Assembly (NCBI GenBank): GCA_965649765.1
Contig: OZ287758.1
Coordinates: 56,172,001 to 56,236,000 of the forward strand
Direction: 5' to 3'
Length of the DNA stretch: 64,000 nt
From: Bispira polyomma
Taxonomy: Eukaryota
Part shown: positions 47,318 to 61,700 of the stretch, one piece after another
How the letters are laid out: the number at the start of each line of letters is the position of its first letter
How positions within the stretch are numbered: position 1 is the stretch's first letter
Made by a program: the position numbers and the translations under genes
Notes under the pieces: generated by a model
What the model saw: the letters and a program-made list of their open reading frames with translations, nothing else
Databases searched by the model: none
Told to the model about the DNA's origin: nothing

Positions 47318-50300
47318 ATATCTCTATGTTGTAATACATTTGAAATATTGTACAGATAATTACCTAATTTTTTACAGTTTAATACTTTGCATATAAATAT
47401 TCAAAAATATTTAATTGCGCATTCTTTCTAGAATGTTAATGTTAAATATACTATGTTGTGGTAATGTAGATGACATTTAAAGGAATATTTGGTACAACAA
47501 ATTTCTAATCACCAAAAATAATGGTACCAGGAAAAATATCAATATTTTTATCTATTGATCTTCTAAGCCATATTTTGATGTTCTTCCAAAAGTTAATGTT
47601 TTTTACCAGGAGGCAAATAAATGTAAGATTTTTGCTGATTACAGAAAGAACATTTATAACTTGAGATTGATTTGGTGCAGAAAATACTTTATACCTAATA
47701 ATCTGTATTTAATTTTATATTAGAACCAGTATTATCCTGAATAGGAGTAAAGATTATTTCATGTATTTTTTCAATTAATTTGGTATGTTGTTATCATCAG
47801 CTCTCTCTCCCAATTGTTAAGATATTTTACTTGGTCAGTTCCTTCATCCACATTCAAAACACGATAAAAATCTTGACCTCTTTTTGATTTAATTAATAAG
47901 TGAATATGATTGAGGAGGTATCGTCTTTGATTAAGATATTTTGACAAATCAATACTTTTCAGGAGAAGAGTGCATCCTGTGGTATGTTAGGAAGTTCACC
48001 GATGCACTCAAATACTGCTTCATGTTGTGCCAGATCATTAAAATTCATTTATTTGTGGTACGATCAGCAGGTGAAACAATTCCCTTTTGGTATAACTGTG
48101 GAACAAAAAAGTTAGTTTTTGAGATACTTTGATTGTACTATAGTGGTCCATAAAGTCTTTCATGAGTTTTATCAATTTATGAGAGCTTTTTTATGACATT
48201 CCTCCATGATGCAAGGACTCCTTTCCAAAATTAGTTTTCCGTTCTTTGAGCAACTGATAAAGACCACTGAGATAAGATATAGAACTATATCAACTGAATT
48301 TAGATTAAAATGAACTAGGTAGATCCAATAAGTTCCATGGTTTAAATACAATTGACAAAGCCAACATACTTTACTAGAGCAGTTGGGATCTATCATTTTC
48401 AATCGTCCTTGTAAGTATCCCTGGGATTACTTAAATGGAGATCAAGAGAGATAAGACTGAAGACTGACTGTATTTTGTATTCAAAATTGTATTTTGTATT
48501 CAAAATTGTATTTTGTATTCAAAATTGTATTTTGTATTCAAAATTGTTCAAAATTGCTTTTTAGCAAAATTGCAACCCCTCGTGCATTGAACCTTTGACC
48601 ATTTAACATGCATTCACCCTACCAAATTTATTTGATTGATTTCACATTTGTGTCCAACAAATGTGTATTATTTTTTGTGTGTAAATTTTCTAAAAAATGT
48701 AAAACATCTGTTCTTTTAATGTAACTTAAGCCATGACAGTTTACTGACAACATCTTAAGATTATCTCCAATAATAATATTCCTGAATGATCTAATTCTCC
48801 ATTGACAGCATTGTGGCAAAATAAGAATTTACCTCGAAGTACAAGCATTTAATGTGGTTTGTTTCACATGAAATAACAGAAAATAATATTTAAGAAAATA
48901 CACTTAAAATACACAAATAGACACATAAGAAAACAAAGCTATGAAGACACATAAAATGGAGAGAATACCATAAACCATGTCTGCTCACCAATTATCAGTT
49001 TTCAAATATTCTTTGGGTATAATTATTTAAAAAAATACCTTTATAAATCAATTCATATAATTTGCAATTATTGAGTGTCTATTTACCCTTTAAATCTTTA
49101 AATCTATTCTATCTTGATAGGATTAGCTATACTATCTAAAAAGAAATTTTCATAGAAAGTTAAACCCTGTTTAATCAAATCTCAAGGGATGACAATACGT
49201 ATTATTACATAAGCAAACGTTGCATTTGAACAGGGTAGAATGTAGTATACATCATAAATTCCATTCTACTTAATAGGCCAATTAACCTAACAGACAGAGT
49301 TTGACTTGAATAACATTTGGCATAATTTTTGTTTAATATTTTATCCAGTATTAATAATACTTAAAATTCTGGTAAGACAATATATTTGATCCAATAATTA
49401 TTAATCATTAAAACACTATAAAATACATCATATAACTATTGTTTAACTTATATTATACCCAATGTTCATTATGCTTAAAGCTACAGTAAGCCAATGTTAA
49501 ATTCATCATATATTTTATCTCATATTTCAAATGCTTAAAATTCTATCAAAACAACTTCCTAAACGATAGGCATCAATATTATGCTCATCTCTGGCAACAC
49601 GCACATCCATACAAACTGCCTTCAGGGCTAGAATGACATCACCTTGGCAGGTCATATCTACCACATGGCCTTGAAAAGTACTTCCTAAGTATGACTTGGG
49701 TGGTGCTGACGATACTTTTAACTCCAGTGCTCTGTCTGACACAATCAAGTTGGTATCCTGAACGTTATCCTTTCTGTGTTCTATCATATGGTCATTCACA
49801 AGCAATTTATTTATAAATCACCTTGTCTTCTGCTGTTTCTGTTTGGCATCACAAAATACAGGCATGAGTTTTTGCTTGCGACTCTGCATTTCATTTGGAA
49901 GTTGCTCGCCAACTCCAAAGCGTTTTGTTTTATCCAAGTTTCCTACTATAGGTCTTGACTTGTGTTTAATCTTTTCCCCAATCTTTCAACTTGGTCAAAG
50001 GTAATAGATAGTATATACTGTGTTTGTATTTTTAGTTCATCTCTCATAAAGCTAGTTAAAAGTTCTTTGGTTGCTTCATCCGTTTATTTGGACACTTGTT
50101 AAATGTTAAAAAACTCAAAATTGCTCTGGCTTGAATTTGAAGGAAATCTTCTTTTAAATATTCTATATCCTTCTCGTTTTTGGCAGGTTGACCTTTAAAT
50201 TAACTGACATTTTTACTTTTGAGTTGATCTAATTCCTGAGCTTGACCCTGCTGTGGGATTCAACATTCTTCGGTTGCATATAACGTCTTTCTATTTTGTC

Positions 50301-50767
50301 TGTATACTGTTGTTTATCAAATCTTTCATATCCAATGCTTTTTTTAACTTATCAAGGTATTTTGACAACTACTGCTTTATGATTTCCAACGGGGCCGCGG
50401 TGGCCTAGTGCTTAGCAAGCATTGTGCTTCACAATCACTGGTCTCTCACCTCTGGGCGGCGTGAGTTCGAATCCTGTCGATGCCTATGTGGGAAAGGTGG
50501 TTGTTCCTTACTGTGGGCCGCTGGTTTCAGTGCAGAACCTTGATCAACTGTATGCAGTGTTTCCTCCAGCATTTCCAACTACCCATCCCAATATAACCTA
50601 AACAGGTACTAGAGTGGACCTTAAATATTCCAATTAAAAAAAAAAAATTAAGATTTTCATCAGTATACCCATGTTAGTATCCAATGTCTCTTTAAAGGTC
50701 TCCAGCCCTTTTGACTCTCCTTGATTTTATTTAAGATGTCCATATACTTAGAACCGTCCATCATGAA
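47318..50767 (-). mobile_element. Minus-strand L1/Tx1 remnant with IMPACT-like ORF1, unit 2 copy
   Basis: ORF 49527-49805 is identical in translation to 30290-30568. Confidence 0.72.
50391..50647 (+). mobile_element. SINE, unit 2 copy
   Basis: Copy of 31154-31410. Confidence 0.9.
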
Positions 50768-51035
50768 CACTGTGGTAGGTCAAATTAGAGTATAAGATAC
50801 CAAAAGGGGCATCGTTTTGCTGCCCATTTGGTTGCTAGGATACCAGTAAACGAAAAATTTGAACATATAAACTATATTTATATCGTATTAATGTATTGGT
50901 ATGTACATAAATAGTTAAAATAAGGTATTTATTTAACTAATTTACTGAGTCCATTAACAAGGAATCTCAATTATTTGCTATTGTTCTGTTTCTGTAACCT
51001 TTTGTTGGGCCCCTCATCTTCCTAGACTTATTTGG

Positions 51036-51676
51036 CTAAGGAGTCTGATGTTGGTCAGACTTCAGTTTCTTCTTCATAGTGGTAGAGGCAGCTGATTCAT
51101 ACTTAGAATTCAGAGTGTCTTTGATTTCCTTAAATTCACTTGGTGACAGGTGTGTTTTCATTTCTGCTAGGATTGCCTGGATGTCAGCTTTAAGTCCAGT
51201 GTATTTAACATTGAGCTCTTCCACCCAATGTAGAGTCAAGTCCCTTCTGCATTGGTTAACAATTTGAGTCCATTTGGTCTTGAAACTCTCATTGGTGGAA
51301 ATAGGGGAGTACTCTTCATTAAACACTGCGAGGGAGATCTTCCTTCCTTCAGGTTGTGTTTGATGGAGTGAAAACTAGCTGCATTTTTAATTTTTTTCTG
51401 AATAAGTTTTTAGCCCTCAGGTAGAGAGGCTTGGTTTGTGCTAGGTATTTATCTCTGCTAGTGATGTTTCATTCACTGGAAGGACATTCTTTTGGTGCCC
51501 TTGGTGGAGGACTGAGTTGTTTGTTTGAGCTTGTTCGACACATCCTCTAATAGGGAGAGGGTCTCGCTGATAAAATTGGCGGCTGGTAATGGTGCACCAG
51601 TGGTAGGGGTGTTGAATGCTGTTGAGGAGTCCACTTCTGGGTGGTTTAAAGCAGAATTCAAGGCAGTTTCACTCAC
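51036..51676 (-). pseudogene. Penelope-like ORF remnant, unit 2 copy
   Basis: Translations identical to 31799-32439. Confidence 0.4.
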
Positions 51677-52491
51677 TCATAGTGACCCAATGTAAAATTA
51701 GTCATTGTCGGTGATTTACTTTAAATCATTGACGCCAAGTACTTTATTCTACTTAAAACCACAGTTTACCTATATATATTCTGGACACTAATTATATAAG
51801 CAAAAGATATTGCATTTTCAAACAAGGCATTCTAGTCTGGTTGACGATTTATAAGTCCAACTATTGGATAGTTTGTGAAAGGTATCTTTTGTAGAATTAG
51901 ATAACAGTCTGGCTAATGTCCTGGCCAGTTCATAACTTTTAATATAAAGTTTACTTTTAGGGTCTGAGTATAATTAACTGAGTAGTGTTGTGTCATGTTT
52001 GGCATTATCTGTCACAAGGATAACTTTTGGCTCAATTTGTTTTCACATCTGAAATCCCATCTCCGTTAAATCTATTAATCCACTAGGTGGATAAAACTTA
52101 ATTGCCATTGATATAGGGTGTCTCTTCATAACCAGACTTAAATTTATATACTTGCATGCTATAATATCTATTAAAAATAATTTAACAGACATAGAGTGAT
52201 TAAACACTAATATGAACTAATTTATAAAGTTCCTATAGTTTTCAAAATTACTGATGTTCATAAAACTGATTGCCAGATCCTTTTAGTGATACAATACATT
52301 AAACACTTGTGACATTTGCCAGATCCTTTTAGTGATACAATACATTAAACACCTGTGACATTTGAGCAAGATACTGTAGAAATTGATAGTTTAAGTGGAA
52401 TAAAATGTCAGTAATTAACAATTTTAAAGTAATTCTTACTTAGTTGATTGGGGGTGGGGGGTGGGGGGGGGGTGGGGGGGGGGGGGGGGGG

Positions 52492-53916
52492 CAACTTCTT
52501 ACAGGAATTTTTTTTTCTTTAGAACTAGATTCTATGATTCAGTTTAATTACAATCCTATGATACAAAACCTAGAAAAATTGTTTAATGTATGGAATCAAA
52601 GACTTCTGACCCCCATCAGAAAAATAGCAGTTGTAAAAAGTCTGGCATTATCAAAGCTAATTCATCTGTTCCTTGTATTGCCTACACCAGATAAAAAATT
52701 TTTCAAAAAGATAGAAAGTATGTTCTATAAATTTATTTGGAGTGGCAAACCGGACAAAATAAAAAGGACAATTATGGTTAAACATAACCTCACAGGTAGC
52801 CTAAATATATGATTGATTTATTTGAATTTGTCTCTGCTTTGAAAATAACATGGATCCGAAGATTATATGTTAATCCTGGAGCACCTTGGGGTAAGGTGGC
52901 TACACACTATCTTGGTTCAGTTAGTAAGACTATTCTACTTGGATCTTGCTGAAAAGCTTTCTAGGAAAATAAATAACAAATTTTGGGCATACACTTTATA
53001 CAGCTGGGAAAGTTTGCTAAAAAAAGACCAGTAAAGACTCTCAGTGATGCAATGTCTGAATCACTTTGGAGTAATCCAAAAATATCAAAAGCAGAGATCT
53101 TTCTATCAGTCTGGTTTAATAAAGGTATAATTTCAGTAGCTGATATCATTAATGCGAAAGGGGACTGCATATCTCAAAGAGAATTGACTAAGTTTTATAA
53201 TATTAGAATCAACTTTTTGGAATATTATAAAATTACAACATGCGTAAAAGTCTTTCTAAATAAGTTTAAAATGAAATGAAAGAAACACCAAAAACCTGTT
53301 TACCCTTGTCAGGTCAAAATTTTGTGTAATCCTTAAAAAGGCAGCAAAGATTTCTATGCTACTTTGAAAAATCACTTGAATGAGAGTCACAATACATCTC
53401 TGTCATACTGGGAAGAATCACTAGGTATTAGTTTATCAGAAATCACTTCGAAACAGATATTTAGAATATGCAGTACTCTACAGAATCTTAGGTACCAATG
53501 ACCTCTTATTGAAAATAAAACGTCATATAAGTGGCATGTGCAATTTTCGCAATCATTATATAGAAACGGTCATGCATCTATTTGTAGAGTGTGGCATTGT
53601 AAAACAGTTTTGGTCTGAACTTAAACTGAATTTGCAAATCAAGCTGGGGATCAAATTAACTGTTAATTCCTCTTCTTTAATATTAGGTGTTCCAAATTTC
53701 AACTGCCTGACTATTCCAATAAATACTATTTACCTTGCAGCAAAAATGTACATCTTTAAAATGACAAGAAAAAAATGCGTATATATGCCCTAATGCGTAT
53801 ATATCTGTACATAGAACATTAGAAATAATTCAGTGGACAATAGTCAATAGACGAACATGTGAACAATATTCAAAGTAGTGGAATAGGAGTAATGATATCT
53901 AATAATGTCAAGAAGG
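52492..53916 (+). mobile_element. L1/Tx1 3' fragment, unit 3 copy
   Basis: Copy of 33250-34674. Confidence 0.88.
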
Positions 53917-56687
53917 TTCATGTGTAAAAGGGTTTTTTGAATAGGTTTACAATGGGTTTGTGATCAGTTTCTGCTGTGACAATAGTTCCGTAGATAAACT
54001 GATGAAATTGTTCGGACCCAAAAGCAATCCCCCGTAGTTCTTTTTCGATCATTGCGTATCTTGTTTCTGCATCTGTCAATGACCTACTAATATAGGCTAC
54101 CGGTTTCCATTGCCCATCGTGTAATTGCAAAAGTACAGCGCCTAGTCCGTCTTTGCAAGCATCGGTCGAAACTTTAATTGGCTGAATAGGATTGTAAAAC
54201 TGAAGTACAGGACTCTCCATCAACAGCTTTTTAATTTCTTCAAAGCCTTGTTGTTGTTCATATTTCCATTTCCATTCATTCTTGTCTCGTAGCAAATCTC
54301 GCATGGCAGTTGTTATAGCACTAAGGTCTGGAACCCATTTGGCTACATAGTTCACCATGCCCATAAATCTCTCTAGATCCTTTTTACACACTGGGGCAGG
54401 CATATTCTTAATGGCTGATACTTTTGAAGGATCGGGCTTGAGACCACAGCTTGTTATTAGGTCCCCCAGGAACACAACTTCAGACAGTCTGAATTGACAT
54501 TTATGTTTATTTCATTTCATTTCACTGTGGCAAAGTATATCTAACACTCTTCTCAACTTTTTGTCGTGGTCTTGTTTGTCGTGACCCCATATGATGGCAT
54601 CATCCATGATTGTGTCAATTTGCTTCTCCTTTTCAAATAATTCCCTAACTTTCTTATGAAATACTTCAGGGGCTGAGGATATTCTGTTTGGCAGTCTGTT
54701 GTAGCAATATCAAGCAAATGGGGTGTTAAATGTTGTTAGTTTGCAAGAATGTTCATCCAACTTCAGTTGGAAAAACCCGTCTGCTGCATCAATCTTAGTG
54801 AACACCTTCGCCCCATGGAATCTGGACATGACCTCCTCTCGAGTCGGGAGTTTGAAATGCTGCCTTTTAATAAATCTATTTAAATCTTTTGGATCCAAGC
54901 ACAATTTCAGGTTTCCATTTTTTTGGTAGCTATCACTAGCGAATTGACCCAGTCAGTTAGTTCATCTATTTTGGAGATGATTCCATTCTGCTCCAGTTGT
55001 TCAAGCTTTGCTTTCAACTTGTCCCACATTTGCAGGGGAATTTTGCGACAGGAATGAACTTCAGGCTCTGCATATTCTTGTAGCTTTATTTTATACTCTC
55101 CTTGTAATTCACCTAGTTTTCCATCAAACAAGTCTTTGTATTCCTGATATACCCATTGGTAGTTTCCACCTGCTTGTTCCACTTGGTATATTAATCTAAC
55201 CAGGTCTAATTTTTCACATGCGTCTTTAGATAGAAGTGTCTTGTCTGTACCATCTACTACATAAAACAGCAGCTTGTGGTGTTTACCTTTACATTTTACC
55301 TCTAGAACAGTTTTGCCATATACCTTGATCTCTTTCCCATTATATCCTTTCAATTTCTGCATGGTATGATGTAATTTTGGCCTTTCATCAATGTTATTGA
55401 AGTCAGATTTGCTGATGACATTGGCCTGTGCCTCTGTATCTAGTTTCATAGGTAATATTGTATTGTGCACAGTTAGTGGGACTACCCAATCTCTTGATGT
55501 ACTCTCGATCGACTCTACAGTCAAACTTCCTAGAAACTTACTATCATCACTGGAGTAATCAGATTCATTGTCCACCTCGACCATTTTTATGTCTTTTCTA
55601 CCTTTTTGAGCCTGTGTCTTGGATTTACATACAGATGCAAAGTGATTTGTCCGTCCACATTTAGAGCATTGCTTACCGAAAGCAGGGCTCTTTTTTTTTG
55701 ACAAACATGTGGCGATCACCGCAGTACTTGCATTTGCGCATAGGTTTCTGTGCCGTATTGTCTTTTTTCACAAAGTTTATGGATGGTTTGCCTGTTATAG
55801 CCGATTTGTGTTCTTCCACGTGTTCAGCTGCCTTAGCGTACCTCACTGCATCTGAAAGGGATAAATCTGCCTTGGAAAACAGTTTCTCTCTTAACTGCAG
55901 GTCTTTGACACCACAGACTAATTTATCACAAACCATGGATTCCCTTATTGCGCCAAATTCCGAAGTCTCAGCCCTTACTTTTAGTCTTGTGAGAAAGGCA
56001 TCAATGTTCTCATCTTGTCCTTGCTGACATCCCATGAACCTTGAGTGTTCGAAAGTTCTGCTGGTTTTTAGAACGTAAAATGCCTCAAATTTGGCTAGTA
56101 TCTTCTCCAGAATTTTGGAGTCTGCAACTTCATGCCCATCTACCGTAGTGGTGCCAAAGTCAAATATGGAAAAGTCCTCCCTTGCATTTTTGCCAATGCA
56201 TGCAAGCAGGATTGCTACTCTTTGTACATCAGGTTTAGAATCATAATTGATTGCCGTCATATATAACTGAATTTCCTGTTTAAAGTCTTTACACTTTACT
56301 GGAATATTGTCTCCGGTCCTACTGTCCCGTGTTGCTGGTCTCAATTGATTTATTAATTCAGATGCCATTACTGAACCTCCTGTACTTGATATATAGCTCT
56401 AGTCACTTACAGGTCTCTATTATCGCTCACACTGACTGATATGGTGTGGCTGTAGCACTGCACAGTGTTTCAATATTAGTCTATATAAACATACATTTAC
56501 TGTGTTATTCAATGAGTTTTACATCTGACACCATGTGTTGGTCTTGGCACACTGTCAAATAAAAGTATTTCTTAGAGCAACATGCTGTTTATGACCTTGC
56601 GGTTCATGCAGAACATCGAATCTCACACTCGTAGGGTACACGCAAGTACACAGAGACATATCAGCACAACTACACACTCACACCACA
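53917..56687 (-). mobile_element. Gypsy element, unit 3 copy
   Basis: Copy of 34675-37445. Confidence 0.92.
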
Positions 56688-57695
56688 TTGTCATTTGGTT
56701 CTGGAATGTGAACAATATACTATGCTACACAGTTGTTAACCAAAATTGAGTTCTATAGTTAGCTTGTCAGAGGCCTTAAATGGGTTCATAAAACATACCA
56801 ATGACGAAGGCTCATGAAGGTCCAAATAATGTAATAATTCTTTTGAGAAAAAACCACACCTTCGAGTGGTAACACTCCTACTCCCGCCATTGCAGTCTTA
56901 CGTTTGAATCTCATGCTAAAGGCTGGTAGTTAACAGCACATAAATCTCGACCAACTACCCTATATTTATTGTACACCTTTTCAGTCTTTACCTGTTTCAT
57001 GGATGCTTCTAAAGCTTTTGAACGAATAACATATGACAAGTTATTTGAAAAGTTACAAAAACGGGGTAACCCAGTAGTTATTACTCGTATCATATATTAT
57101 TGGTATACTATGCAGAATGTTTGTATTCGCTGTGATATAGTAAACTTGTAAGTTGAAAGCAACATTAAACCAAAGTTGAACTAAATTTATATGTTGTTTT
57201 TTATCTTAAGATTTGAGCTTTTTTTCCTTTTAGACCCATCACATTTATAAGCATAGCTGTATTAGAAAGTTATCATAAGAAAAGCTATGGCCCCATTTTT
57301 GTCATTTTACCAGAATTAGGCATGGTTTTGCAACCAAGAGGTACCTATTTAACCATTAGGCTTCACTCCATTAACACTTTAACAGGTAAAGTATCAAAGG
57401 TAATATCACCATAGCCATTTGCAGTATACAGCCACACTTGATGATTATCCTGTTTTTTGTCAAAATAAGAAACTTTGTTTCTGATGCGCTTTAGTCTTCT
57501 GAAAAATTATGTTATGCAGATTTATTTAAAACTGACCATTAACAAAAGGCTTCTTTAAACTACATGAATTAAGTTGTTTGACAACATATAACACCAGGGC
57601 CACGTTGTACATACATAACATTTCTAAAAACATTATTAAAAGCAACAGTCACTTTGTTCATAACAGATTTTGTATAGTTCATCCACAACTGAGAA

Positions 57696-57921
57696 TTTGA
57701 ATTGGGATATTTAACATCCACTCTAGTACCTGTTTAGGTTATATTGGGACAGTTAGTTGGAAACGCTGTAGGAAACACTGCATACAGTTGATTAAGAGTC
57801 TACACTGAAAACCAGTAGCCCACAGTCAGGCACTACCACCTTTCCCACATAGGCATCGACGGGAGTCGAACCCACGCCAGCCGATCCCAGAGGTGAGAGA
57901 CTAGGGATTGTGAAGCGCAAT
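57696..57921 (-). mobile_element. SINE, unit 3 copy
   Basis: Copy of 38454-38679. Confidence 0.88.
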
Positions 57922-58742
57922 AATATAACTATGTCATCAACATACATTATGTGATTTGTTAAATATACAAAACACAAATGGTGATGGAATTCCTCCTTGA
58001 AGTACACGATTTTGAATTTTATAGGAGGAAGTTCAGTTACTCCAGCGAATACAAACAGTCTGCATAATATACCAATAATATTTGATACAAGTAATAACTA
58101 CTTACTGTACTTGGGTACCCTATTTTTGTTACTTTTTCAAATTACTTGTCATATCATTCTATCAAAAGCTTCAGAGGCATCCATGAAACAGCAAAAGACT
58201 GAAGAGCTGTGTGAGAAAGAGCTCTAAGCCGCAAGTCCCAGTAATTCTATCACTGAATTATTAAAACCCTCCAACTCTGTTGCGGTACTATACTTTTGCG
58301 ACTAAACATAAACAATGATTGTAGGAAACTTAATCAATAGAATCAACACAAGATTGCAAATGTTGTATGAATGGAATTTTTAATTGAGTTGATTTTAGCT
58401 AATGAACTTGGATAGTGAAAATTAATTCCTATTAAAAATTTAAACCTTGTATTTATTTTCAACTGATAGAAATGAACAAACTGTTAAATCACACTCTAAT
58501 GTAATAAAGAAAATGTACTGCAAAAGAAAACAAGTAAGGGGAGAATTAGAAATCAGAAAGGGAGAATTACCGTCGGAATTACACATAGAAGCAAATAGAA
58601 AAAAGCTAAATACTGAAGAAGAAACTTGACAACATAAATTTTAAAGGAATAAAGGAAAAAACAATAGAATATAATAACAAGAACAGAGAAGTAAAACAAT
58701 CAGCAAGGAATGACAAAAGAAAATCAATAGAGGAAAGGGCAA

Positions 58743-61700
58743 ACTGTGAAGATTGATTGGGAGCAGTCCTGATTTTGGGCAGCCCGGGCGTAATCTTTTA
58801 GCTATCCCGAGTAATCATGATGATCCAGGATTGATTTGCACAGTCAGAGTCGTAATTCAGGTGATCCGGGAAACAAACAACATAATCGGGAAGTTTCTGA
58901 ACATGTTTAGAAAATCCCCTGATTGGAGATTTTACCCCCTCGGCGCCCTGTTAATCAGAAGTCACCCAGAGTACTCCTAATTCCACTCTGGTTAATGTTG
59001 TTGTCACCTACAGTACTCGGGCTGTATTTCTTCCACGTTCTCCAAAAACATTAAAGTACAATCCTCATTGAGCCTGACTAATTGGGGGTGGCTTCTCGAT
59101 TAATCATCCTGACACCCCAATTGTAAAGATTAGCCGGGACCAATGAGGATTAGCCGGGGTGGGCGCCAAGTAATATCATCATACCGCATATCATCTGACA
59201 GTCTGTGAGGAAGTCAAACTTCAAGGGGAAGAAGCCAGCAGCTGCAGCCAGGGGCCCCAGGACTACCTCAATATCCCCTTACAGCATAAGTGATAATGTG
59301 TCAGATGTGGATGTCTCCCTGGAGGGGTCTGAGGTGGGTTTTTTGGTGACCCGGTTTTCGCCAACAACATCATCAGGGGCCACCGTCCGTGAGCAAGACT
59401 CTTTCCGGAGTACCATGCAGCGTATGGAGAGCATGATGACCAGCTTCATGAAAGAAGCCTCCCCGAAGCCAGCAGCATCATGGCCGAGGGTGGCCGACTT
59501 TAACTGGGTCAAGGCCCAGGCTGACACTTTACCAGACATTCTTTTTATGGAATTCCCGACAAAGACCTCCCAGCTGTTGTCAAGTTCAACAGCCCAGCAT
59601 CAGAAGCAGCAGCAGCAGATTCAGGCACCTTCCACTTCCGTTTCCACCTCATACAACATGCTAGCACTATCACCAGAACTGGCCACAGTAGATGAATGGA
59701 TGCCACCGGCACCATACAGGCCTGTGTACTACCAGATGCGCATCACCCAGTAGCAAGAGCAGCAGAAGTATCAGCAGGGATCACTACCACCACTGCAGTA
59801 TCAGAAATTGACAACGATAAAAGTCTAGTCTTTCCAGAGGCAGCAGCCCAGGCAAGTAGCTCAAGTGGTGGGACAGACACTGGGACACTTATACACATAC
59901 CTTCACCACAGAAGAGTGCGGCTAGCCCCTTCGATTTCTCCGACATTCCATCAGTAAGCTCAGACCTTTACAACCAGTCCTCTTTGCCTCTGTACCTTGT
60001 ACGGACCACAGGAGGAGAATACCCAACCCTGAATACGCCTCAGCCAAAAACAGAGGAGGATGATGACTGCCAAACGACCACGACAGTTAAAGCAACCGCC
60101 ACATTTGACCCACCACCCGAGACATCCAGCAGATGCACCTTCACCAGTTCTCCAGCCCTCTTAACTTCCCCTCCTCCTCCAGCAGCTGCATACCTGCCAA
60201 TGTCCTTATCAGCGTCACCACATATTCCAAGAACCTTTATTGGAGCTGTTGTTTACAAATACCAAAAATCCCATCAGACCAAAACACCTACTGGCCCAAA
60301 AAAAACTTACCTCACTCAAACACAAGCTTTAAAGAATAGTTAAAGGGCTTGAACCCTAATTACCCACAAGTTTTAAATAATTGTTAAAGGGCTTGAATCC
60401 TGGTCCCCCACAAGTTTTAAAAAATTGTTAAAGGGCTTGAATCCTGGTCCCCCACAAGTTTTAAAGAATTGCTAAAGGGCTTGAACCCTGGTCTCCCACA
60501 AGTTTTAAAGGATTGTTAAAGGGCTTGAACCCTGCTTCCCCACAAGTTTTAAAGAATTGTTAAAGGGCTTGAACCCTGGTCTCCCACAAGTTTTAAAGAA
60601 TTGTTAAAGGGTTTTAACCCTGGTCCCCAAAAAGTTTAAACAATATTTTAAAGGATTTGAACCCAGAGGTTATTTTTATTATTGCAGTTCCTTGTGTTTC
60701 ATGGACCTTGGGTGTTCTGTGGTGATGTGTCTGATAGAGATTAGTTAAATGTAGGGCCTGTGTGTATATGGTAGTGAGGGGTATATTTCATCTTTTTGAA
60801 AAATTAGGGTGGTCCTCAAAAGGACCGAGTATTAGCACTCAGTACAAGTGAAGATTCTGCCTTGTTGCCGATGCACTGCTCCCTTGTTGTTAAAGTGCTG
60901 CATCAGCAGCTCTCTTTGGACTTTGGTCTCTGTTGGGATTCGGTTTTGGCAGGACCCGATTATCTCCCTGTAGCTCATTAGACTCCCCATGTATTCTTCC
61001 ACTGCCAGGGTCCCATATCGTGTCCTGAGTACATTGTGCAGCACACAACATGTCATGGTCACTGTTGCCGCCACATCAGGTTCCTGCTGGATGGTGGTCA
61101 GGAGTACCCCCCATCTGTTGCTGAGGATCTCGAAGGCATTCTCCACCATTCTCCTGCTCCTGCTTATCCTATGATCTTCTGCTCAGGGGTCATGCCTCGG
61201 CGGGATAAGGTTTCATCAGCCATGCTTTCAGTGCAAAGGTGTCATCAGCCAGGATGAAGCATGGCACTTCAGGTCTGGTTGGGCTGATGCATCATGGTGG
61301 GGTAAATCCAATTGAGCTGTCCTCGATCATGTTCCTCAGCTCACATTAGTTAAATATCTGGGAGTCCGACCCCAACCCACTGCAGCCAACATCCACCCAG
61401 AGGAAGCAGTAGTTGGCATCTACAAGGACCAGAATTACAATTTAGTAGAAGCCTTTGTAGTTAAAGTACTGACTGCCACCTCCTCTGGGACATCTTATGG
61501 CTACATGCTTGCCATCAAGAACACCCAAGGCATTTGGCACATTGGATCTAGTACGGAAGACGCCTTCTACCTCTTTCCAGTCATCTAGGGTGGTTGGACA
61601 GGTCAGCCACTCATCCTGGTATTCTTTCAAAATTCCCTCACAGACTTCAAGCACCGTCTTGTTTACACTGGATTTGCCGACCCTGAAGTCAAAGGACTAG

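Larger units (their letters stand above)
33213..52448. repeat. Tandem segmental duplication, unit 2 (~19.24 kb)
   Basis: Starts at a (G5-9T)n/G-run tract. ORF offsets to unit 3 are a constant 19242 bp. Confidence 0.97.
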